In this document: positions 24,529-33,427 of the stretch, piece by piece | Numbering within the stretch: position 1 is the first letter of the stretch | How the letters are laid out: each line of letters begins with the position of its first letter | Sequence record: NC_025430.1 | Length of the DNA: 42,351 nucleotides | Strand: one strand, 5' to 3' | DNA from: Escherichia phage vB_EcoM-ep3 | The notes under the pieces: generated by a model | The model's input: only the letters and a program-made list of their open reading frames with translations | Told to the model about the DNA's origin: nothing | Database searches by the model: none | Made by a program: the position numbers and the translations under genes

Positions 24529-25178
24529 TCGCAGAAGTTAGCGAACTGAACCGCCAGCTAAACAACGTTGTGCGCATCGGCACCATCAAACAACTGGACC
24601 TGGCCAACGCGCGTGCTAAAGTTTCCGTTGCTGGCTGCACCACTGACTGGCTGCCCTGGGGAACCAACCGTGCCGGGAAGCGCCGCGACTGGTCACCGCC
24701 TGTCATCGGCGAACAGGTAGTTTTGTTTGCGCCTTACGGCGACTTAGGCCAGGCAGTCATTGGGCCGTCAATCTTCCAGGATGACCACGCGGCACCAGCG
24801 GCAAGCGCGGACCAGGAAACAACCGTTTACCCTGACGGCACAACGGTGGACTACAACAGCGCAAGCAACACGCTGACCATCACCGTGGCTGGTGCAGGTA
24901 ATGTCATCATTAACTGCAAACAGGCCAACGTGAACACTGAAACGGCCACCGTGACGGCATCAACAAGCGTCACTCTGGACACGCCTGACACGTTTTGCAC
25001 CGGCAACCTGACCGTGGCCAAAAGTTTCCAGATGGGAAGCGAAGGCGGAACGGCTACGATGACTGGTAACGTGGCGATTGAAGGCGGAAGCCTGACACAC
25101 AACGGCAAAAACATTGGCAGCAACCATGCTCACAGCGGCGTGCAGTCTGGTGGCAGCAACACCGGCGCACCGGTGTGA
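24525..25178 (+). CDS. Baseplate spike/assembly protein (P2 gpV-like)
   Basis: 217 aa. VVRIGTIKQLDLANARAKVSVAGCTTDWLPW...GEQVVLFAPYGDLGQAVI is the gpV OB-fold pattern. The C-terminus is a repetitive beta-helix-like segment. Confidence 0.8.
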   Translation: MIAEVSELNRQLNNVVRIGTIKQLDLANARAKVSVAGCTTDWLPWGTNRAGKRRDWSPPVIGEQVVLFAPYGDLGQAVIGPSIFQDDHAAPAASADQETTVYPDGTTVDYNSASNTLTITVAGAGNVIINCKQANVNTETATVTASTSVTLDTPDTFCTGNLTVAKSFQMGSEGGTATMTGNVAIEGGSLTHNGKNIGSNHAHSGVQSGGSNTGAPV

Positions 25179-25181
25179 CCT

Positions 25182-25198
25182 GACAAACCCCAAGAAGA
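25182..25198 (+). promoter_or_regulatory. Late-motif copy 4 (exact GACAAACCCCAAGAAGA)
   Basis: Intergenic, 3 nt after the gpV stop. CATCAT follows 20 nt downstream (25219-25224). It ends 33 nt before the gpW ATG. Confidence 0.5.
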
Positions 25199-25211
25199 TA
25201 AACCATCACCC

Positions 25212-25233
25212 ATGCGGGCATCATTGCCCGCAT
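25212..25233 (+). promoter_or_regulatory. Perfect 9-bp-stem hairpin that includes the first two bases of the gpW start codon
   Basis: ATGCGGGCA-TCAT-TGCCCGCAT. The 5' arm starts a 7-codon mini-ORF (MRASLPA, 25212-25235) whose TGA overlaps the gpW ATG at 25232. Confidence 0.6.
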
Positions 25234-25570
25234 GAAAGGAACAAACGCGGCCACAGGCGCGCCGCTGGATGGTTTAGACCATCTGCGCCAATCCATAAGA
25301 GACATACTCACGACGCCAATTGGCACGCGAGTGATGCGCCGCGACTACGGCAGCCGGTTGCCCTACCTGGTTGATGCACCGATGAACCGCAGCACGCTGC
25401 TGGACCTGTACGCAGCGACTGCGGAAGCACTGGAAGCCTGGGAACCACGCATCAGCGTGCAGCAGGTGACAGCAACATCAGCAGAACCAGGACGCGTGGA
25501 ATTGTCCATTACCGGCGAATACCTGCCAGACGGCAAACAAATAACAATTGACGGCATAGTGGTGACATAA
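25232..25570 (+). CDS. Baseplate wedge protein (P2 gpW / T4 gp25-like)
   Basis: 112 aa. LRQSIRDILTTPIGTRVMRRDYGSRLPYLVDAPMN is the GPW/gp25 signature. Confidence 0.85.
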   Translation: MKGTNAATGAPLDGLDHLRQSIRDILTTPIGTRVMRRDYGSRLPYLVDAPMNRSTLLDLYAATAEALEAWEPRISVQQVTATSAEPGRVELSITGEYLPDGKQITIDGIVVT

Positions 25571-26473
25571 ATGGCGGGTGCCTTCACAGTTGTAAACTTA
25601 TCTCAATTACCAGCGCCAAACGTTGTTGTGCCGCTGGACTTTGAAACGATTCTGGCGGCCATGATCGCCGATTTGCAGGATCGTGACCCCACATTCACCG
25701 CATTGGTGGAATCTGACCCCGCTTATAAAATCCTGGAGGTCTGCGCTTACCGGGAGTTACTGCTGCGTCAGCGAGTTAATGAAGCGGCCAAAGCAGTTAT
25801 GCTGGCTTACGCGTCTGGTGCAGATCTTGACCAGTTAGGCGCGAACGTTGGTGTTAAGCGCCAGGTGATTACGCCTGCTGATGACACAACTGTGCCGCCA
25901 ACACCTGCAGAAATGGAATCAGATGAAGATTTCCGCGCGCGTATTCAGTTGTCACCGGAAGGCTACACAACAGCGGGTTCAGAAGGCAGTTATGTGTTCC
26001 ACGGATTGGGTGCTGACGCTGACGTGAAAGACATCCAGGCCATAAGCCCGGAGCCAGGAAAAGTCACCGTTTACGTGCTGTCACGCACCGGCGACGGCAC
26101 CGCACCTGCTGAAACCATTACTGCGGTTGCCAACACCCTAAACGGCGAAACCATCAGGCCAATGACCGATGAAGTCACAGTGCTGTCAGCAAACATCGTG
26201 AGTTACACCATTAATGCTGAACTAACGCTGTTCCCTGGCCCTGACTCCACTGTGGTTCTCCAGTCTGCCATTGATGCCGTAACAGCGTTTGCAGAATCTC
26301 AGCGCCGCATTGGCTATGATGTCACGCTGTCTGGTCTGTATCACGCATTGCATCAGCCTGGCGTGCAGAACGTCAACCTGACCAGCCCAACAGCATCACT
26401 GGTGCTTGGCGATGGTCAGGCCAGCTATTGCACAGCAATCAATGTAACCGTGGCGGGTGATACTGATGTCTGA
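25571..26473 (+). CDS. Baseplate protein (P2 gpJ-like)
   Basis: 300 aa. Typical gpJ N-terminus (LSQLPAPNVVVPLDFETILAAMIADLQDRDP...ESDPAYKILEVCAYRELLLRQRVN). Confidence 0.85.
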   Translation: MAGAFTVVNLSQLPAPNVVVPLDFETILAAMIADLQDRDPTFTALVESDPAYKILEVCAYRELLLRQRVNEAAKAVMLAYASGADLDQLGANVGVKRQVITPADDTTVPPTPAEMESDEDFRARIQLSPEGYTTAGSEGSYVFHGLGADADVKDIQAISPEPGKVTVYVLSRTGDGTAPAETITAVANTLNGETIRPMTDEVTVLSANIVSYTINAELTLFPGPDSTVVLQSAIDAVTAFAESQRRIGYDVTLSGLYHALHQPGVQNVNLTSPTASLVLGDGQASYCTAINVTVAGDTDV

Positions 26474-27059
26474 CTTATTGCCATATAATTCAACAGAACA
26501 GGAACGCGCACTGGCTGAAACAATAGCCAGGATTAGTGACGTTCCGGTTGTCGTGCGTGAAGTCTGGAACCCTGACACATGCCCATCAAGCGTTCTGCCC
26601 TGGCTGGCTTGGGCGTTCAGCGTTGACGATTGGGATACTACCTGGTCAGACGAGCAGAAACGCAAGGTAATTAAAGAGTCGGTTTATTCGCAGCGCATAA
26701 AAGGCACTATCGGGGCTGTTACGCGTCAGCTTGTTGCTTTGGGCTACCAGATTCAGATCCTTGAGTGGTTTAAACAAAGCCCGATTGGCCAGCCGTACAC
26801 ATTTGATGTTTACATTACTGCTAATCAATATCCGTTAACTCAAGAAGATTTTAAAAAAATACTACAAGTGATTGACACTAACAAAAACCTGCGTTCGCAC
26901 CTGGATGAAACGCAGTTGATTGTTAAGTCAGAAAGTAAAACGACTGCTGCCATTGTCTGTGGCACAGGAAATGAAATTAGTCTGACGAACTACACCAGAT
27001 TTGTTGGTGCTTTGAATGACTATGTTATGGTGCAACCAAATATATCTATAGGTGCTTAA
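26466..27059 (+). CDS. Baseplate/tail protein (P2 gpI-like)
   Basis: The start is placed at ATG 26466 (ATGTCTGA overlap with the gpJ stop). LLPYNSTEQERALAE...VWNPDTCPSSVLPWLAWAFSVDDWD is the gpI signature. Confidence 0.8.
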   Translation: MSDLLPYNSTEQERALAETIARISDVPVVVREVWNPDTCPSSVLPWLAWAFSVDDWDTTWSDEQKRKVIKESVYSQRIKGTIGAVTRQLVALGYQIQILEWFKQSPIGQPYTFDVYITANQYPLTQEDFKKILQVIDTNKNLRSHLDETQLIVKSESKTTAAIVCGTGNEISLTNYTRFVGALNDYVMVQPNISIGA

Positions 27060-29303
27060 GTGGAACTGAAAACATACTTCGCCCAAGACAGAAACGGAAA
27101 CCTTATTCCATCTGCTACAGTGTCAATTTTTTTGTCTGGCACATCAACCTTAGCCACAGGATTAAAGACCGTTAGCGGCGCTAATCTTACCAATCCTTTC
27201 ACCGCAGGTTCTGACGGTAAAATACAGTTTTACGCTCCAGACGGAATTTATGACATGCAGGTATCACTAGGCAGCGTTGACGGAGTTAAAGTTACGTTTC
27301 AATGTATCGATGTTCAACAGCAACTTAGCGAAGCAAGCAGCGCCGCAGATCGCGCAGAGGCTGCGGCTGAATCCATAGAATCGCAGTCCGCTAACATCGA
27401 ATCAAACAGCCGTGAACAATGGCGCAGATCGCTGGCAGATGCAGGAATAACGCTTGTTAACGGTAGCTTTGAGGCGGGGGCGACAGTCAGTAACGCTTCT
27501 GAAGCTGTCTGGCATATTGCTGGTGGTCAGTGCTACACCTGGGGCGGAGTGATGCCGAAAGTAGTAACAGAAGGTTCAACACCTTCCGAAACAGGTGGCG
27601 TTTCCCCTGGAGCCTGGACTAGCGTTGGTAATAAATCCTTTAGCCAAATCCTGGCATCAAACAAGGGAATGAATCTAATCGGTGACGTTGATTCTGTAGC
27701 TCAGTTAGCATCTGTTTCTGGCGCATCTGTTGGCGATAAGATACTTGTCAGATCATACATCGCCGGTTCTAATAAAGGTGGTGGCACATTTGTTGCAGTT
27801 GAAAACACTGAAACGCCTGATGGCGTGGTAGTATTTGACGGCGTAGGTGTTAAATGGCGGAGACTTTTCTTTGCTGGTGAGGTAAATGTATTTGACGCCG
27901 GATATACGGGAAGCGGCGACATTGCTGTTTACATCAATAAAGTGAATTCCGCAGGATACGATTGTTTTATTCCATGTTCCGGTGCGTTTTCTTCCGCAAT
28001 AGAAATTGATTTCAGCAAAGGAAGTGTAAGAGGCGCAAACAAATGCACACTTACAGAAATTGAAGGAATTCCAGGTGATTATGCGTTGAAGCTTTTCAAC
28101 TCAAACACCGATTATGCTGACCGAGATTCAATTAACGCAAACGCCATATTGGATGGGGTCGCATTTCAGTTTTCTGGAACAAAAAAAATTGCGCTTGGCG
28201 GAGCGGGAACGGGTGAACTATCTGAATTGCGGATAAGTAACTTTGGTTTCATATCTTCTGCTGGATTAGAGTTTCTTGACAACTCTTACCGGATTATTTT
28301 CGATAAAGGCGCTATTTCACGCAGCTTTAATGACACACTCATATTTAATTCACCTGCGAACTCAGGAGAAGTGATTAACTTCAATCATTGCTGGATGGTA
28401 GACAATGGCGGGCCATTAAAATTCAAAAATGGGCAGTTTATATTTAATGGTTGCTCAATGCCTGCCGGGAAGAAGGCAGGATATTTTGACCCAAACATAA
28501 TATTGGAGGACAACGCAACAGTTGTTTACGCAAATGGCAACATTGAATTTCAACCAGGTCAAAGTTTTGTTGCATTTGTGGTTGGCGGCAGTTCCAGATT
28601 GAGTATTAAAGATTCAACGCTGCTAACTCCATCTGGATATTCAGCTATACCAATCGTTGCAAATGATGATGCGGTCGTCTCGCTAACAAACTGTTCGCTT
28701 CCTCTATATGAGCAAACAGAGATTGCCGCTGGTGCTGCTGCGCGTCAAATTATTGGTGGGAACAGTAAGAAAGTAATGTCTTATGGTTGTTATCCCAGGG
28801 CTGGTTTTATAACAGCAAATTGGGATAAAGGTAACATTGTTAGTGCTTACATAAACTCATTGTCGAATGGCAGTGGACAATTTTTAAACTATTCAAACTG
28901 GAGTTTAATGCAAACCGGAAGCGGTGTTGTTACGGCAGGTACTGATACTGACGTACCAAATACAATCATGTTTTCAAGATCGCTATACGTAACTGTCCCT
29001 TCCGTTGGTGCGACAGCAGATTTCTACCAAGACTGCCTTGACTGTTCACCTGGCCGCTATTTTCAACTTGGGTTTTGGGCAAAGAACGCTGTGACATCAC
29101 TGGCATCAATTGAATTCTTTGATAAAGAGGGCAACAGCGTTCAAGGGAAAATACCTTTTAATATACCTTCTGTGAATGCTTGGGGATTCTATGCGCTCGT
29201 AGACATTGTTCCGCCTGGTGCAAGTAAAGCAAGGGTTAACTTTGCAGTTTCTGGTGAAGTAGGTACACTGCATATTCATAACGCTATTTATGGCTTGATT
29301 TAA
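27060..29303 (+). CDS. Tailspike / tail fibre with predicted beta-helix polysaccharide depolymerase domain
   Basis: GTG start after an AGGTG RBS; 747 aa. The N-terminal anchor plus GSFEAGATVSNASEAVWHIAGGQCYTWGGVMPKVVTEGSTPSETGGVSPGAWTSVG is common in depolymerase tailspikes. A long Gly/Asn/Ser-rich repetitive core follows. The region is A+T-rich. Confidence 0.7.
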   Translation: MELKTYFAQDRNGNLIPSATVSIFLSGTSTLATGLKTVSGANLTNPFTAGSDGKIQFYAPDGIYDMQVSLGSVDGVKVTFQCIDVQQQLSEASSAADRAEAAAESIESQSANIESNSREQWRRSLADAGITLVNGSFEAGATVSNASEAVWHIAGGQCYTWGGVMPKVVTEGSTPSETGGVSPGAWTSVGNKSFSQILASNKGMNLIGDVDSVAQLASVSGASVGDKILVRSYIAGSNKGGGTFVAVENTETPDGVVVFDGVGVKWRRLFFAGEVNVFDAGYTGSGDIAVYINKVNSAGYDCFIPCSGAFSSAIEIDFSKGSVRGANKCTLTEIEGIPGDYALKLFNSNTDYADRDSINANAILDGVAFQFSGTKKIALGGAGTGELSELRISNFGFISSAGLEFLDNSYRIIFDKGAISRSFNDTLIFNSPANSGEVINFNHCWMVDNGGPLKFKNGQFIFNGCSMPAGKKAGYFDPNIILEDNATVVYANGNIEFQPGQSFVAFVVGGSSRLSIKDSTLLTPSGYSAIPIVANDDAVVSLTNCSLPLYEQTEIAAGAAARQIIGGNSKKVMSYGCYPRAGFITANWDKGNIVSAYINSLSNGSGQFLNYSNWSLMQTGSGVVTAGTDTDVPNTIMFSRSLYVTVPSVGATADFYQDCLDCSPGRYFQLGFWAKNAVTSLASIEFFDKEGNSVQGKIPFNIPSVNAWGFYALVDIVPPGASKARVNFAVSGEVGTLHIHNAIYGLI

Positions 29304-29310
29304 CAAACAA

Positions 29311-29326
29311 CCCCACTTCGGTGGGG
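29311..29326 (+). terminator. Hairpin after the tailspike gene (weak terminator)
   Basis: CCCCAC-TTCG-GTGGGG followed by TAGCAAATTTT. Confidence 0.45.
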
Positions 29327-29356
29327 TAGCAAATTTTAAAATTGAGGCCAAACACA

Positions 29357-30694
29357 ATGCCATTTCTTACAATTCATACTAACTATGGTCTGCAAAAGCT
29401 TGCGCAGGCTGAATCAACAGGAACGCAAATCCGGTTGACGCATATGGCAGTTGGCGACGGCAACGGAAATGCTGCGCCGCCTAATCCAAATCAGACGCAG
29501 TTGGTGCGTGAACGTTTCCGCGCAACCATCAACCGCGTTTATCAGGATGCAAATAACCCGCTGCGCTTCACTGCTGAATTGGTTATCCCGGCCAGCGTTG
29601 GTGGTTTTACTATGCGTGAGGTTGGTGTTTTTGACGCTGATGGTTCTCTGTTTGCTGTTGGCGATCTTCCATCTACTTACAAGCCGGTTGATACAGAAGG
29701 TGCCTACTCTGACACGGTTGTGCGGCTTGACTTCATGGTAAGCAACGCCAGCACTATCACCCTACAAGTTGACCCAAATGTTGTGGTTGTCACACAGCAG
29801 TGGATTTCTAACAACGTGACAGCAGGAACCATCATCCCTGGTGGCACAACCGGGCAGGTTCTTGCAAAGCAGTCAAACGCTGACGGTGACGTCCATTGGG
29901 TTGACCCTACACAAGCAAACGTTGTGGTTGATACCATCACCGAAAAACAAACATTGGCAGCCAACCAGACTGTAGTGATGCTGACAACAACCATAACACG
30001 CGGACTGGCGGTGTATATCGAAGGCATCAGGCTGCCGCAAGGTTCTGGTGTTGATGAGTGGCAGCCTGATGCAACTGACTCGTCGAAATTTACACTTGGG
30101 AAGCCTTACCCAGATGGGTCGATTTTGCAGGCTGTGAACAATGAACCAGCAGGAAGCGCACCTGCTCCACTGGAAAGAAGTAAAAACCTTTCAGATGTTG
30201 CAAGTAAATCCGAGTCACGGAGCAACCTTGAAGTTTACAGCAAAACGGAAACTGACCAAAAGATGCCGACAGGTGGAATTGTTTATTTTCCACGCTCTAC
30301 GGCACCGACAGGATGGTTGAAAGCCAATGGGGCTGCGATCAGTAGAACGGCTTATGCAAATCTTTTTTCTGTAATAGGAACAATGTTTGGCAATGGTGAC
30401 GGTGTTAACACGTTCAATTTGCCAGATCTGCGCGGAGAATTCATCAGAGGATATGATGACGGTAGAGGTGTAGACGCTTCACGGTCACTAGGTAGCTATC
30501 AGGCCGATGAAATAAAAACCCACTATCACAGATTGGGGAGTGAATTTGTAGCAAACGGAGCCGAAAACCTTATTGCTGACGCCTGGGACCAGGGCACTAG
30601 CGGCAATTATCCAGAAGGAATTGGCACTGGATACACAGGCGGTACAGAAACCAGACCGCGAAACATCGCTCTACTGGCGTGCATCAAATTTTGA
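29357..30694 (+). CDS. Tail fibre protein (P2 gpH-like N-terminus, C-terminal tail-collar domain)
   Basis: The start is moved to ATG 29357 (MPFLTIHTNYGLQKLAQAE...HMAVGDGNG). The C-terminal collar motif is WLKANGAAISRTAYANLFSVIGTMFGNGDGVNTFNLPDLRGEFIRG. Confidence 0.8.
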   Translation: MPFLTIHTNYGLQKLAQAESTGTQIRLTHMAVGDGNGNAAPPNPNQTQLVRERFRATINRVYQDANNPLRFTAELVIPASVGGFTMREVGVFDADGSLFAVGDLPSTYKPVDTEGAYSDTVVRLDFMVSNASTITLQVDPNVVVVTQQWISNNVTAGTIIPGGTTGQVLAKQSNADGDVHWVDPTQANVVVDTITEKQTLAANQTVVMLTTTITRGLAVYIEGIRLPQGSGVDEWQPDATDSSKFTLGKPYPDGSILQAVNNEPAGSAPAPLERSKNLSDVASKSESRSNLEVYSKTETDQKMPTGGIVYFPRSTAPTGWLKANGAAISRTAYANLFSVIGTMFGNGDGVNTFNLPDLRGEFIRGYDDGRGVDASRSLGSYQADEIKTHYHRLGSEFVANGAENLIADAWDQGTSGNYPEGIGTGYTGGTETRPRNIALLACIKF

Positions 30695-30702
30695 GGCGAA
30701 TC

Positions 30703-31008
30703 ATGAAGACAAAACCCGTTTATCAATATGACGTCGCTGGCCTTTTTGTTGGCCAGACAGATGCTGATGAATCACCTCTTGAACCTGGTGTTTTTCTAAT
30801 TCCTGCACGCTGCGTAGAGGTGGCACCCCCTGAATTTTCAGGTGACCAATGGCCACGCTGGAACGGCGCAAAGTGGGAACTGATTAGCGTATCGCCAGCT
30901 AACGATAACCAACCGGCAAGCCCGGTTGATAAACTGCGAGAATTCCTGAACGCAAACCCTGACGTGGCCGCGCTGATTGGCGCAACGAATGAGGCAACCA
31001 ATGTATGA
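30703..31008 (+). CDS. Tail fibre assembly chaperone (gpG/Tfa-like)
   Basis: The start is moved to ATG 30703 behind a GAGG RBS. YQYDVAGLFVGQTDADESPLEPGVFLIPARCVEVAPP...WPRWNGAKWEL is the Caudo_TAP pattern. Confidence 0.7.
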   Translation: MKTKPVYQYDVAGLFVGQTDADESPLEPGVFLIPARCVEVAPPEFSGDQWPRWNGAKWELISVSPANDNQPASPVDKLREFLNANPDVAALIGATNEATNV

Positions 31009-31367
31009 GCGAAGTCTTAAGGGGCATCACTAACAAAAACCTTGCAGCGCAAGGATACCAGGAATTACCTGGCGGCATGATTATTCAGTGGGGTAGTTTC
31101 ACCAGCACCGTTACATCTGGTGCAGGCACAACCGATACACGTATGTACCAGGGCACGCAGAGTGTCACGTTTCCAAAACCGTTCCCTACGGCTGTGGTAA
31201 GCATTCAGGCTACGCCAAGAGACAACGAAAACATTATTCTTGAATATGCCAATATCAGTGGTCGGACGCTAACCACATTTTCAAGCATTCTTGGCGGCGT
31301 CCAGAACGAAGGAACGGTGCCAGGAACCACAACACTAACCGTTGACTGGTTCGCTATCGGTTATTGA
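31005..31367 (+). CDS. Small fibre-associated protein (gp53-like C-terminal domain type)
   Basis: 120 aa with an ATGA overlap to the upstream gene. GYQELPGGMIIQWGSF...VTFPKPFPTAVVSIQATP is a pattern seen at the tips of many phage fibres. Confidence 0.5.
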   Translation: MSEVLRGITNKNLAAQGYQELPGGMIIQWGSFTSTVTSGAGTTDTRMYQGTQSVTFPKPFPTAVVSIQATPRDNENIILEYANISGRTLTTFSSILGGVQNEGTVPGTTTLTVDWFAIGY

Positions 31368-31379
31368 TTTGTCGCCTTT

Positions 31380-31401
31380 GCCCGCTTCGGCGGGCTTTTT
31401 T
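31380..31401 (+). terminator. Strong rho-independent terminator after the fibre cassette
   Basis: GCCCGC-TTCG-GCGGGC followed by TTTTTT. Confidence 0.85.
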
Positions 31402-31404
31402 ACG

Positions 31405-31421
31405 GACAAACCCCAAGAAGA
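31405..31421 (+). promoter_or_regulatory. Late-motif copy 5 (exact GACAAACCCCAAGAAGA)
   Basis: Intergenic, 3 nt after the terminator T-run. GACCAT follows 19 nt downstream (31441-31446). It ends 72 nt before the sheath ATG. Confidence 0.55.
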
Positions 31422-31493
31422 AGCCACGCACGGTTCCTGCGACCATCACACTGCGAATTTTCACTGTGTGCACAGTTAATAGGAAACCGAATA

Positions 31494-32921
31494 ATGGCAG
31501 GTACTGATTTTTTACATGGCGTGGAGGTGCTGGAAATTGATTCCGGTTCACGCGTCATTCAAACCGTTAAATCAAGCGTCATCGGTATTGTTGGCACCGC
31601 GCCAAATGCTGACCCTGACGCATTCCCGCTAAACACCCCAACCCTGATTGCAGGCAGCCAGCGCGAAGCGGCCAAACTGGACATGCTTGGCACCGGTGAA
31701 GGCACCCTTCCCAAAGCACTGGATGCCATCCTGGACCAGATCGGCGCTGTGGTCATCGTTGTGCGTGTTGAAGAAGGCGAAAACGAAGCCGCAACGCTGG
31801 CCAACATCATGGGTGGAGTTAACGCATCAACCGGCAAATATGAAGGCGTTCACGCACTGCTTGGCGCTGAATCCGTTGTGGGCTACTCGCCGCGCATTCT
31901 GTGCGTTCCCGGCTTCACGCATACCCGCGTTCAGGATGGCGTCACCGCTATCACCATCGGCAACGGCGGCAGCGGTTACACCGAAGCGCCTACGGTCACC
32001 CTGGCTGGTGGCGGCGGTGGTTCTGGCGCAACTGCGCAAGCAACCGTGGTTGGTGGCGTCATCACCAAAATCATCGTCACCAACGCTGGCATGGGTTACA
32101 CCAAAGCGCCAACCGTCACCATCACTGGCGGCAACGGCACCGGCGCAACTGCAACCGCATCCGTTGGTATCGCAGCCAATGCCGTGGTTTCTGAACTGCT
32201 TGGCATCGCCAACCGCCTGCGTGCTGTCATCATCGCTGACGGTCCAAACACCAACGACGCTGACGCCATCGCCTACCGCAAAGACTTTGGCAGCAAGCGC
32301 GTTTATGTGGTTGACCCAAAAGTGCTGGTGCTTGACGAGGATGGCACCACGATTACTGACTGGGCATCGCCGCGCGTGGCTGGACTGATTGCCCGCATCG
32401 ACAACGAGCGCGGTTTCTGGTGGTCACCATCAAACCAGGAAATCTATGGCATCCAGGGCACGGCCAGAACCATTGATTTCACCCTGGGTGACACGTCCAG
32501 CCGTGCAAACCTGCTGAACGAAAACGAAGTCACCACCATCATTCGCCAGGACGGTTTCCGCCTGTGGGGCAACCGCACCACTTCCAGCGATCCGAAATGG
32601 GCGTTTCTGTGCGTTGTTCGCACGGCTGACATCATCAATGACAGCCTGTTGCGTGCACACCTGTGGGCCGTAGACCGTGGCATCACCAAACAATACGTCA
32701 ATGACGTGATTGAAGGCGTGAACGCGTACCTGCGCAACCTGGTGAGCCTGGGCGCAATTCTTGGCGGCACGTGTTGGGCTGACCCTGACTTAAATACTGC
32801 TGACCAAATCGCTGACGGTAAGGTATACTTTGATTTTGATTTCACGCCTGTTTATCCGGCTGAACACATTATCTTCCGCAGCCAATTGACCAACGATTAT
32901 ATTAGTGAGGTATTCGAATAA
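31494..32921 (+). CDS. Tail sheath protein (P2 gpFI-like) with an internal duplicated insertion
   Basis: 475 aa with a sheath-type N-terminus ([32 protein letters not shown]) and C-terminus. Residues ~155-225 carry two copies of G.GYT.APTVT..GG.G.GATA.A.V. Confidence 0.85.
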   Translation: MAGTDFLHGVEVLEIDSGSRVIQTVKSSVIGIVGTAPNADPDAFPLNTPTLIAGSQREAAKLDMLGTGEGTLPKALDAILDQIGAVVIVVRVEEGENEAATLANIMGGVNASTGKYEGVHALLGAESVVGYSPRILCVPGFTHTRVQDGVTAITIGNGGSGYTEAPTVTLAGGGGGSGATAQATVVGGVITKIIVTNAGMGYTKAPTVTITGGNGTGATATASVGIAANAVVSELLGIANRLRAVIIADGPNTNDADAIAYRKDFGSKRVYVVDPKVLVLDEDGTTITDWASPRVAGLIARIDNERGFWWSPSNQEIYGIQGTARTIDFTLGDTSSRANLLNENEVTTIIRQDGFRLWGNRTTSSDPKWAFLCVVRTADIINDSLLRAHLWAVDRGITKQYVNDVIEGVNAYLRNLVSLGAILGGTCWADPDLNTADQIADGKVYFDFDFTPVYPAEHIIFRSQLTNDYISEVFE

Positions 32922-33427
32922 TGGCCGCACGTGACGTTTTGAAAAACATCAACTTATTTGTTGATGGCCGTGGTTACGCGGGCCAGGTGGAGAGCGTCAC
33001 GCCGCCCACCTTAACCCTGCAAACCGAAGAATTCCGCGCAGGCGGCATGGATGCGCCCATTGATGTGACGTTGGGCATGGAAAAGCTGGAAGCCAGCTTT
33101 GCGCTGCGTGCTTATGATTCTGACGTGCTGGCGCTGTTTGGCCTGTCAGAAGGTGCAAGCGTTCCGCTGACGTTTCGCGGTGCGCTAGAATCCTATGACG
33201 GCAGCGTGAAAGCCGTTGTCATGAACATGCGCGGCAAAATCACCAGCATGGAGCCAGGCACCTGGACGCCTGGGGAACTGAGTTCCCTTAACGTCACTGT
33301 CAGCCTGAACTATTTCAAGCAGCAGCATAACGGAAAGACCATCCACGAAATCGACGTGGAAAACATGGTGCGCATCATCAACGGTGTAGACACCCTGGCA
33401 GCCATCCGTTCTGCGCTGGCGCTGTAA
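32921..33427 (+). CDS. Tail tube protein (P2 gpFII-like)
   Basis: 168 aa. VLKNINLFVDGRGYAGQVESVTPPTLTLQTEEFRAGGMDAPIDV is the tube-protein signature. Confidence 0.85.
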   Translation: MAARDVLKNINLFVDGRGYAGQVESVTPPTLTLQTEEFRAGGMDAPIDVTLGMEKLEASFALRAYDSDVLALFGLSEGASVPLTFRGALESYDGSVKAVVMNMRGKITSMEPGTWTPGELSSLNVTVSLNYFKQQHNGKTIHEIDVENMVRIINGVDTLAAIRSALAL

